DNA of 64,000 nucleotides from Setoptus koraiensis (Eukaryota > Animalia > Arthropoda): contig CM106585.1 of NCBI GenBank assembly GCA_048013815.1, positions 10,540,001 through 10,604,000 on the forward strand, given 5' to 3'. Made by a program: the position numbers and the translations under genes. The notes beneath the pieces are model-generated. The model saw nothing but the letters and a program-made list of their open reading frames with translations, had not been told where the DNA came from and ran no database searches. Position 1 is the first letter of the stretch; each line of letters opens with the position of its first letter. Shown here piece after piece: positions 21,947 to 31,420 of this stretch.

Positions 21947-22398
21947 ATTCTCTTATAATCTTAAAAAAACAAATTAACAAAAGGGTGCCCGCAGACGCAG
22001 TTACCTCTGTCAGCGAGCCATGGACCGTACTCTCTGTGCGGTTCGCGGCCCCGGTGCTAGATCACGCAAGGTGTCACAGATTCTCGGAATCCACCCATCA
22101 TAAAATGCATAGCGCAAGAGGCAAAAGCGTACCTTTTTTAATTAAAAAGAAACTCGTGCAGTTTTGTAAATCTCACGATGGGAGTTGTACACCGACTCAA
22201 CGGATCTACTCTGTTCAGTTGACCGTGACTAACGCTAATGCACTGCATAGAAATTAACAAGTTTGTAAGTTTTGTAAGTTACAATCTGCCGCATAATTGT
22301 AGAATCAAATATCGTAAAATACTGTTTAATGGGGAAAGCAACAATTGCTAGATACAGATATAAAACATGGGCGAATAGGATCTGTGATTTCGACCAGA

Positions 22399-22734
22399 TC
22401 ACGTTGACGATTGCGAATAATTCTTAGTGCTCAGTATCCTGCTGCCACACATACTGCAAATGCCCTTCTTGTAGGCGCAAGCCTGACAGTAATAGCATCC
22501 AGCTTGGTGGGTCTTGGATTTGCATATTCTACAATCCCTGTACTGCTGATAGGGGCTGGCGGCAGCCGATCTAGACGATGACGACGAAGATCCAGATTGG
22601 TAGGCACGCCGAGTAAGCAGCTTGTTCTCGTTTAGCTTCCTTCCACCGCTATCTGTAACATTCCTTGCTCCAGCCTTCCATGAGTCGGGCGTCACTATCT
22701 TGGTCAGTTTTTTCTCGCATTTCTCGCAAACCAT
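22399..22734 (-). CDS. CRIPT: Cysteine-rich PDZ-binding protein
   Basis: MVCEKCEKKL, DSWKAGARN, GGRKLNENKLL, and CRICK...YCQACAYKKGICSMCG. Confidence 0.97.
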   Translation of the reverse strand: MVCEKCEKKLTKIVTPDSWKAGARNVTDSGGRKLNENKLLTRRAYQSGSSSSSSRSAAASPYQQYRDCRICKSKTHQAGCYYCQACAYKKGICSMCGSRILSTKNYSQSST

Positions 22735-23144
22735 CCTGTGAGAGCTTTGCTGGTTGTCAATTGGTAGTCAATCGGTAGTCTGCTGGCAACGAGAAAAGTA
22801 TTTTTTTTTTCTCAAATATCAATCTAATATTGTTTGGTTTGCAATCAACAATGGCAACTGATTGCGGATCCATCTGCTGTCCGAATCATTGTGGTGAATA
22901 CAATATAATATGTTGTTATATTTGCATGCTAAATAGATTGGTGAACAAATCTACTCGAGTGATAAGTAGCTCTAATATTTTTATTCCGATGATGAGATCT
23001 ATCCGATAACAGCCTGGCGGTCATCTGCTGCTATATATCATCGATTGAATGTAAACATTCTGCTGATTTTGGCGCGTGTATTCAAATCAAAAAACTTTTT
23101 CGAAAAACTTGTCCGAAAAACGACGAAGAAAATTCTTACGCCAT

Positions 23145-26100
23145 CTAGGCTGACTTGATGAGTCTCACCAGTGAGTAGCTACAATCGTTCCATTTGTTTG
23201 CGTTGAATCTTATCTTGTTGCCAGATGAAACAAGCAAACGCCTTTGCAACTCTATCAGACAAAGTATCCTGTCTGAACCGGACATAGGCCTGACATACAC
23301 AATGTAGGCCGCTTGAAGCAAGGTGTCGCCCAGTGAGGAGTTGAGTACTTCGGTCAAGTCGTCCAACTCTTTCGTCCATGTATCTATTTGTGTGAGTAAA
23401 TTCTGTTTTAATTTGTCTACATTGGTCAATTGTGTTTGACAGTCATTGACGTTTTTCGCTAAATTAGACTGATACCTAATCTTCTTCTGCAGTATATTGT
23501 GAACGCGTTGCAGTTTCTGATTGACCTTATCGATTTTGTGACGTCTGTTATTCAGGTCCGCCAACAACTCAGAGAGTTTCTTCTCTGATTCAACATATAG
23601 CTTATAATTAGGTTTGACCACATTAATCACTCTGTCGAAGATGTCCACAGCATGTAGCCATTTGGCCAGCAGTTGACATTCGACCGACACACTGCCCAAT
23701 GATTGCAGATTAAGCTGATCCGATTGGAGATATTTCTCTCTTATGAGTTGCATCACTTCCGGTGGAATAGATTTTTTATCTAGACGCTTGAGATCATCTA
23801 GAAAGTTTACACCGTTGGCTTGTATCATTTTCAAACTGGGAGTCCAATAATCAAGGCATATCTTGCCCGTCAATGAGTCGAATTTTCGTATTGGCTGCAA
23901 CACGCCAGCATGTTGATTTTGTTCATGCACTTTCCTTTGATGTCCAAGGCTAGTTTGTATAAAACAAGTCGATCTTAATATGCACACGGCCTCTATAACC
24001 ATTTTGACAGCTTCAGGCGGTTGCGGTTTCATACAGCGAATTGTTTTCAGCGATGATTCGTCCAAGTTGCTAAGAGCTCTGGCGGCTGCCCGAATGGCCG
24101 GTATGGCCCGATGAGTCAATTGGCTTATGCAATCGTCTCGTATCTTTGCCATAGCCTGTTGCTTGTTCAACGCTCTCGCCTCGTCCGCGGCCAGTATCTC
24201 CTGTTCCAATTCCAATCCAACGGTTTCCTGTTCCAGTTTTGCTATCAATTCTTCACTCTCACAACAAGAATCCAATAAGTCTCGCTCGTACATTTGACTG
24301 ATTTCATTGACGAGACCATCCACCTCAACCAGGTTTTCTTTGGCCGATTGAACGGCCTTGAGCAGACTCTCTTTTCTCTTTGCCAATTTCGATCTGTTTT
24401 TGCTCCACAGCGACTTGAATCTACACACAAACTCTATGAACAGCGGGGGCGTAATTAATTTGTAGCTTGTCAGGCAGTGACCAGCTTCCCTATAGCCTCT
24501 AGAGTTCCTAGGGCGACCGGACGATAGTTGCGGTTGAGGCGGATATTGCAACTGCAAATATTGTCGCACGGTGACGTGCATTTCTAACAATGCTCGCGCT
24601 ATCAATTTTTTCCATTCATCTCTGGCGGTATCATCAGTTTCGTCGGGAAAATACTCTATGCTCTCGGCAAACTTCTCTGCCACAATTTCCAGCGCATCGC
24701 TAGGCCATTCTTCCAGCCAATCGCCAATTTTCATGTGCTCCAAGAAAACATCTAGTGCATGTTCGCGATTTGCCATTGTTTGCAATCGTTTCAATTCCGT
24801 CATATATTGCTCTAATCCCAATTCTAAAAATTGAGCCAAAGTTGTGACGGTTGTTGGCGATATCTCTTTGTTGATTATCGCACTCAATTCCTGCCAATGT
24901 CTATCTTTCAATCTATTCTCTGTGAGAATTTTCAAGATAGGCGCACATTTCATGATGAAATCCTCCAGTCTTGTTCGCAAAGTATTAACATTATACGGTA
25001 GATTTTCCGTTATAGCCTCATAGATCAGCATGGTCTCACTACAAACAATTTCCGGTGTCCGTATTGGTGCCCGGATATATTTAGTTTCTAGGAGATTGAT
25101 CTGTTTGGTAAACTCATTCAGTTTATTCTCGACAGATCGGTACTGTATTCGTTTGATTTCGGAATGCATCCATTTGATTTGATTTCTGTCGAATTGATTG
25201 GCGAGCAACCAAAATATTCGCAGTGGCTCTACCCAATAGAGCCATTCTTTCAATATCTGTTCAACGTTCGTGCTGCTATCAATCGGCAATTCTAAATTGA
25301 GCAGTTGTTTCTCCTCTAACAATTGTTGGTATTGTTGCTCCAAAAACAGCAGTCGTTGCTTGAGTTTCTGAGCCACCTCAGAGTTTTCGTTGACATTTTC
25401 AAGAGGCGAGGCCAAACGTTTCTGATAGAAGTCACACATGACTCTATGGAGATCATCGACCAACTGAAACAAGGTGCTTGATTTAATTCCGATCTGTTCT
25501 GTTAGCTTTTGTTTCTTCACGGAATACAATTTCTTGGATTTTCTCACCAAGTGATTCAATCTATGAGGCCAACTATTCAATTGATGTATCAACTCAAAAT
25601 GTTCCTCGTGCATGTCTAGACTGGCCATTTCAATGAGAGACTGGTGCTCATTTATGGCCAATTCATAGACGCTAATCAATTTGGTCATTTTTCCGGTCTC
25701 AATCTCCTTCAAATTGTTTATTTTCTCTATGAGCAAACTGACAGCGGATCTTTTCTCGTGTGTCTGGTCCAAGCTGCCAGATAATGTTATGTTGGAGGCT
25801 ATATCTTCGAATTGTGTCAGGCAACTTTTCAGCGAATTGTTGACCTCTTCAAACTTTGTTCTTGTCATCTCTTGTTGTCGCTTGCATATTAACTGTTGTA
25901 ATTGTTGTTGCAGAGCGCTACAATCGATGGTGACCATGCCACAATCGTAGTGGACATCCAATCTATTGAGTTCCATTTGAATCAACTTCAGACGCCGCAA
26001 TTCGTTGGATAGGTTGTATTGATTCGAATGGTCAGCTGCCGAATCACAACTATCCATTGATTGGGCAGAATCTTGGCCCGAATCAGTGGATGGCTGCAAT

Positions 26101-27719
26101 TGTAGTGTCGATCGCTTCAGGATAGTGACAAATTTCGATATATAGATTGATAGCGCTTGCGAGAGATGCGAATCTTTCGCTGTTATCATTTTGGCGATTC
26201 TTCTCTTGCTGTCAACAACGAAAGGGTCGTCTTTATCAACCGACTCTAGATAATTACCAGACGATGCGCAAGGGTATCTGTGCTCCAATTGATCCATCCA
26301 TATTGATGCAGTAAGCGAAATCAATTCCGTTTCGATACGTGGCAGTAGTAGCTGGGTTTCCACAAGCTCATCCACTGAGAACAATATCAATTCTACCAAA
26401 TCCTCCTCTCCAGGCTCGTAATTAAGGACTGCCTGAGATTCTCTGGATACACTAGTAGATGCCCACCAGTCGTTGATTGATTCCAATGACAGTTTCATAT
26501 TGATAGACAAAATGGGAGGCTTCCGTTTTTTCATAGTCTCTGCCACATGATCGCACCAAGCTTGTATGCAATTGACGAGAAATTGTCGCAGTAGCAAAGA
26601 CATGATACACGTTATTCTATCGAGCAGTATTGTTTCTGGCACTAGTTTCAATAGCATCTCTCTATCTGATTTGTATTTATCATCGTAGATTGTTTGCAGC
26701 ACCAGAGCGGGCCACTCATAACGAATCACAGAGCGAATTTGTTGACACTGACAACATATTGCCAATTTATATTTTGAGGGCGACAATTGTTGAAGTTCGT
26801 TTGTGGATAGCGTCAACGCTTGGAAACATTTAGCTGAGTTGCTAATTATTGCGTGAAATATGGGACTTGTTTTCAGCAGTAATAAATCCTTTGATTGATC
26901 ACGAACTTGTAACAGTTTCTCGTGCCACGGCACGGGTGCTACAATTGTTGTACTGACGTAGCTGTCCAATCTGAGCTTCTCGCCGCCCAACCCGTTGAGT
27001 GTCTTTTGTAGTAAAGCTATATCCCATGCCATGCAATCTAGCATTGCATCTTGACAATTTTCATTGGCCTCACACAACACCTGGTCGATAATTGTCAGCG
27101 ATTTAGGCTGATTTCTTGCGATCAAATTGATGAATCTTTTGCAATTCGTCTTGATGAACTCTGCTCTAACAAGCTTGAATTTGTCCGGAGTGATAACGAG
27201 GTGTTTGTTCGAAGCGCCAAGAGAATGCAATACTTTTTTGATGTTGGACACGAACGAAATATCGTCTTTTATATTTTCATTGGGCAAACTTTTTCGCTGT
27301 TGTTCATCCGGATATTTTGGCCGACAACAGCAACACGACAACCGGTGCCGTTGTTCCTTTGTCTCATTGGTCGGATCTACTATGACGGGTAAAAGGCAGC
27401 TTGTTTGTTTAATGCGATATGAATTATCATATCTACTAGGCCAAGCTACATTGTCCGTTAGACATTTAAGGTATTCGAGTGGCCGAGACGAACTGTAGCA
27501 CAGGCCAACTAAATTATGTGCAATGATGCTGTTGGATTGGTGACCCAGTAGGTCATTTGGGTATCCGAAATTGACACATTGATACTTATTTTCATCGATG
27601 GTATTGGACAGTTTCAGCGATGGCACGTCCATCGACAGGAGAATTGCATTGCTCGTCGGACAGGCACAAGCGTTATGCTGAGTGTCGTTAGCACGGATAT
27701 TGCGCTCCATTTGTTCCAT
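23145..27719 (-). CDS. Axonemal (DNAH3/7/12-type) dynein heavy chain derivative: tail + stalk + microtubule-binding domain, no AAA ring
   Basis: Uninterrupted ORF. Tail motifs are PVPWH and LKDRHWQELS...REHALD. Post-AAA4 WPSDALEIVAEKF and ITPPLFIEF follow, then stalk CC1, the MTBD (PPEAVKMVIEAVCIL...DYW...FLDDLKRLDKKSIPP...LAKWLHAVD) and CC2 ending GDTLLQAAYIVY. No GxxxxGK[ST] motif was seen. Confidence 0.85.
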   Translation of the reverse strand: MEQMERNIRANDTQHNACACPTSNAILLSMDVPSLKLSNTIDENKYQCVNFGYPNDLLGHQSNSIIAHNLVGLCYSSSRPLEYLKCLTDNVAWPSRYDNSYRIKQTSCLLPVIVDPTNETKEQRHRLSCCCCRPKYPDEQQRKSLPNENIKDDISFVSNIKKVLHSLGASNKHLVITPDKFKLVRAEFIKTNCKRFINLIARNQPKSLTIIDQVLCEANENCQDAMLDCMAWDIALLQKTLNGLGGEKLRLDSYVSTTIVAPVPWHEKLLQVRDQSKDLLLLKTSPIFHAIISNSAKCFQALTLSTNELQQLSPSKYKLAICCQCQQIRSVIRYEWPALVLQTIYDDKYKSDREMLLKLVPETILLDRITCIMSLLLRQFLVNCIQAWCDHVAETMKKRKPPILSINMKLSLESINDWWASTSVSRESQAVLNYEPGEEDLVELILFSVDELVETQLLLPRIETELISLTASIWMDQLEHRYPCASSGNYLESVDKDDPFVVDSKRRIAKMITAKDSHLSQALSIYISKFVTILKRSTLQLQPSTDSGQDSAQSMDSCDSAADHSNQYNLSNELRRLKLIQMELNRLDVHYDCGMVTIDCSALQQQLQQLICKRQQEMTRTKFEEVNNSLKSCLTQFEDIASNITLSGSLDQTHEKRSAVSLLIEKINNLKEIETGKMTKLISVYELAINEHQSLIEMASLDMHEEHFELIHQLNSWPHRLNHLVRKSKKLYSVKKQKLTEQIGIKSSTLFQLVDDLHRVMCDFYQKRLASPLENVNENSEVAQKLKQRLLFLEQQYQQLLEEKQLLNLELPIDSSTNVEQILKEWLYWVEPLRIFWLLANQFDRNQIKWMHSEIKRIQYRSVENKLNEFTKQINLLETKYIRAPIRTPEIVCSETMLIYEAITENLPYNVNTLRTRLEDFIMKCAPILKILTENRLKDRHWQELSAIINKEISPTTVTTLAQFLELGLEQYMTELKRLQTMANREHALDVFLEHMKIGDWLEEWPSDALEIVAEKFAESIEYFPDETDDTARDEWKKLIARALLEMHVTVRQYLQLQYPPQPQLSSGRPRNSRGYREAGHCLTSYKLITPPLFIEFVCRFKSLWSKNRSKLAKRKESLLKAVQSAKENLVEVDGLVNEISQMYERDLLDSCCESEELIAKLEQETVGLELEQEILAADEARALNKQQAMAKIRDDCISQLTHRAIPAIRAAARALSNLDESSLKTIRCMKPQPPEAVKMVIEAVCILRSTCFIQTSLGHQRKVHEQNQHAGVLQPIRKFDSLTGKICLDYWTPSLKMIQANGVNFLDDLKRLDKKSIPPEVMQLIREKYLQSDQLNLQSLGSVSVECQLLAKWLHAVDIFDRVINVVKPNYKLYVESEKKLSELLADLNNRRHKIDKVNQKLQRVHNILQKKIRYQSNLAKNVNDCQTQLTNVDKLKQNLLTQIDTWTKELDDLTEVLNSSLGDTLLQAAYIVYVRPMSGSDRILCLIELQRRLLVSSGNKIRFNANKWNDCSYSLVRLIKSA

Positions 27720-29101
27720 GGGTGCGCCCAAGAATAGTTAGTGTCCTCATGTATTAATTTGAATTCTGAGTATTATCAATCGTGCTTGTAAATCCAATTC
27801 AGTGTGGTGATCGCGTGGATATTTTTGGGTGCTTAGATGAGCAGTTTATTCTCCTTGCCCGCCCTCGCATACCACACGCTGGTCGAAAGTAAGCATTGTT
27901 AGATGGTTGCAATGTTTTACATTCTCCATGACCTTTTTCGTTCATTCTTCGAAGCGATTCCAAATACCCACACCTCCACAATTATTGCACGTGCCATAAG
28001 TCAAGCTAAATGAAAAAATAGTCGCACAATCAGTGTTCGTTGAGGCCACAGAGATCAATCGCCCGAAGAAGCTGACCCGTGTGTGCAGTTCACGCGGATT
28101 GCGGATATTGTGAGAACTAACAACGGAAATGACCCAGTTAGGCATCGGTGGTGCGAGTCTGAAGCCAGTAACGTGAAAAAAGATTTGTGCAAAAGTCGAT
28201 CAAATTGCTATTATTCAAAAATATCGACACAAGTGCCGCAGTGAATACAAGTAACAGCAAGTCACATGCTCTAGTGTTCACCCATATTGCGGTGTTCATG
28301 CATGAATATCATCAACTGGCACCAAGAAGAATTCTCTGGATCCTTGTCGCTGAATGTCCGTTCGTTGCCGTTGAGTCACTCGTTGGAACTTGGCTCCGAG
28401 TTACGAAGTCGGTCATCATAACATCGACATGACAGTTCGACAATTCGGCAATTCGGTAAATCGGCAATTCGGCAATTTGGCAATTCTACAATTCGACAAA
28501 TTCGATGCCTACTTGAATTGGCCGCCGCAACTCACTCTGAGACTGTTGGCTCAACAAAAACTCGGCGTGACTACTGTAGCGTGATTCATCAAGTGTGGCG
28601 TCGGTCACAAGGTGAACCGAGTGAATTGCCTGCATGAATAACAGGTGTACAAATGCATTTAACAAGTGCCACGATTATATAACTGAGGTGTGTGCAAATT
28701 TCCACCTGTCCGTTCGTCTGTCTGTTTGTGCAAGTGTATCTGTTGGCGCTGCTTGTGCGTTTGTCTGTTTGTTTGTTTGTTTCTCTGTGTGTGTGTTCTG
28801 TCAGATGGACGCTGGACAAAATAAGCCAATAATGCCACATTTTGCATTCACAAATCAAGTCGTCGTAAGACACACGTCAAAATAGAAACTAAATGTAAAA
28901 AACAGGACTATGATCGTTCAATTGATCTATTAATCGAATCCGACTGAACCAATTATAACAATTATCTAATTGTTGCCAGTTTCAACATTTGATTGGGCAT
29001 AACAAGCAAAATCACAGCAGATTAGTAAGCACCAATCTCAGCATCAATACTGTCTACTGGAATAGATCACACACCGGCCAAGCAACTGTTACTCGAGCGA
29101 A

Positions 29102-30082
29102 ATGCCCACAACAACTGCCTACCTATCAATACTATTATTTTACTCGCTGGCAATATCGAGCCTATCGGCCAGTGAAGACCAGTTGCAGATACACAACACA
29201 TTCAAGCCAGAATATTGCGATAGAAAGGCCAAAGTAACGGACCTGCTGACGCTCCATTACAAGGGTGCCCTTCAAGACGGCACCGAATTCGACTCCAGGT
29301 ACAAACCATCGTAGACTAATGTATCCAGCATTATCATCTGGCACTAGGCTTATATATCTATCTACCTGTATATATCAAACTTATGACAAGCTAGTGTAAC
29401 GTGTCTTCTAACATCCTTTTTATATTCATACCACACCACTCTCATATCGCTCGCTGCAGCTACTCACGCAACGAGCCTTTCTCGTTTCAGTTGGGCATTG
29501 GACAGGTGATTAAAGGCTGGGACAAGGGATTGTTGGATGTTTGTGTTGGAGAGAAACGCCAGCTTATCATACCGCCCGAGCTTGGCTATGGTGATGTAAG
29601 TACAGGTGACAATTGTCACCATAATACTGTATTGTTGCATGCCAATGCAAACTTGTCACACGACAACCACCATACACACCGATTAATAACATGTGACACG
29701 TTGCTCTCTTTATAATCCTCTTAACGATTCGAACCTGTTCGTCGTACATTGGAACCATCAGCAAGCCCATGATAAAATTCCAGCACAGTCTACACTCGTT
29801 TTCGATGTTGAAGTGCTCAAAATTGAAGATGGTCCCAAGCCTGCCAATGTGTTCAAGGAGATTGATACAGATGGCGACAATCAACTCTCAAGGAAGGAAG
29901 TCAGCGAGTTCCTCAAGAAACAGTTTGCCCAATCCAGCAGAGCTGGAGATCCAGCTACGGCCGACGATCCAGACAATGGCCAGATGGTAGAGGAGATATT
30001 CACACACGAAGACAAAGACAAAGACGGCCATATAACTTTGGAGGAGTTTTCCGGACCAAAGTATGATCACGACGAATTGTAG
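29102..30082 (+). CDS. FKBP14: ER FK506-binding PPIase with EF-hands (FKBP14/FKBP7 type); exons 29102-29298, 29460-29595, 29762-30082
   Basis: Signal peptide, then [34 protein letters not shown] and TLVFDVEVL. Two EF-hands ([18 protein letters not shown]) and a C-terminal HDEL. GT-AG introns are phase-compatible; the exon 3 acceptor is less certain. Confidence 0.93.
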
Positions 30083-30643
30083 ATTCAGATAGCTTCCACC
30101 ATAACAATTGTGTTATAGTAATTGTGCAATCAATCGATAAGATGTATTGGCCAGTTTCGATGTATCACATTAATTGAAATGACCAATAAAGTGCAACTTA
30201 AAATCTTATGCTATATATCTCTGAAAATTGTCTGGGGCATGGTCATTTGGTCGTGGCAACCAATCTTTCTCGGGCCATCAATGGTTGAATCTAAAAAAGC
30301 GTCAATGCTCTAGGAGACAATTCAACATTTATACGATATATCTGGCGTCTTTCCAAATCCAATCGATGAATATTAGCTGCTGTTGATCCTAGAAAACTAC
30401 GCCATATGGTACGCTGGCTAGGAGAAGTTGGATGACATTCTAAGGAGGTTCGCATCGAGTGATCACTCTGCCAATGACTGACTCTTACACATCCGAAATA
30501 TTATGTAACATGAGTTATCTGTAGTCGTTGTTGTTCACTATCATACGAAAATGCCTCACTTCGTAAATGAATAACAACCATCATGTTTACATCTGAAAGG
30601 ACGTCGCACACTGTGCTCCTCTGGCACATGATCGTCTTTTAAA

Positions 30644-30979
30644 TTAAATCCAGCACAACAAATCCGACCGATCGTGTCGTGCCGAGGGGCAGAGTCCGAT
30701 TACCCCGGGTTTCGCTGAGAATGCGGATGAAAAGATGACTCGGATTTGATCGGAATGGAGCGCATACCGCAGACCACTCAAGGCAATAGGCGTGACTACG
30801 GGTCTACGATGTGCGGTCTTTTTGGGCCCGTCGCATTTGGCCAACACAACGAGAGTATATTTGACAGGCACAGTTGGTGATTTTGCGCCGCGCGCAGTTA
30901 TTATCTGCACACTGGCTGCAGATACAGAGTATTCATAATGCACTGTGGAGGGCTCATCTATCAGCGACCAGCCTCTCAT
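30644..30979 (-). CDS. Hypothetical 111-aa ORF, unrecognised
   Basis: ATG-initiated ORF just after a strong acceptor-like tract (TTTTTTGTTTGTTTTTTAG). No family motif recognised. Confidence 0.25.
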   Translation of the reverse strand: MRGWSLIDEPSTVHYEYSVSAASVQIITARGAKSPTVPVKYTLVVLAKCDGPKKTAHRRPVVTPIALSGLRYALHSDQIRVIFSSAFSAKPGVIGLCPSARHDRSDLLCWI

Positions 30980-31420
30980 CAGGCGTTCTAAAAAACAAAC
31001 AAAAAACTGGGCCGGGACAATAATCACCTGTACTATTTATCCTCCATTCACTATTTGGCGGCTGGTCTTGTCTGATATGAGGTCAATTAGAGGGATTTGT
31101 ATTTTATATATCAAGTATAGTTAGCAGGACCGTATTTATCGGTCTCTCCGACACTGATAGTGCGATGAAAAACAACACATTGATAATCATCAAATTACGT
31201 TAACCACATGACAAATGATCATCAATGTTTCGTGCCAATTATTTTTAGATTAGGACACTTGTGACAAACTCACACACAGTAAGAGACATTCAATTTTTTG
31301 TATTGTTGACACAACATAGTACAAGAATTGTTTGTCAGACATAGAAAAACAACAGAATTATTACCAAGAATTATCCACCTGTCACACTCCTTTCACTCAT
31401 CGAATCACCATTCACCACTT

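Noticed and set aside
22195-22212. ACTCAACGGATCTACTCT resembles RNase P CR-V
   Set aside because: No CR-I partner able to form P4 and no P1 complement upstream.
27780-28600. Short ORFs and a donor-like GTAAGC upstream of the dynein derivative
   Set aside because: No family motif, and none resembles the missing dynein AAA modules.
29722-29740. GGTTCGAATC tRNA T-loop-like motif on the minus strand
   Set aside because: The T-stem does not pair, there is no cloverleaf, and it lies in an FKBP14 intron.
30713-30723. Minus-strand CATTCTCAGCG matches the 3' end of human RNase MRP
   Set aside because: An 11-nt match only; no CR-I or CR-V motifs nearby.
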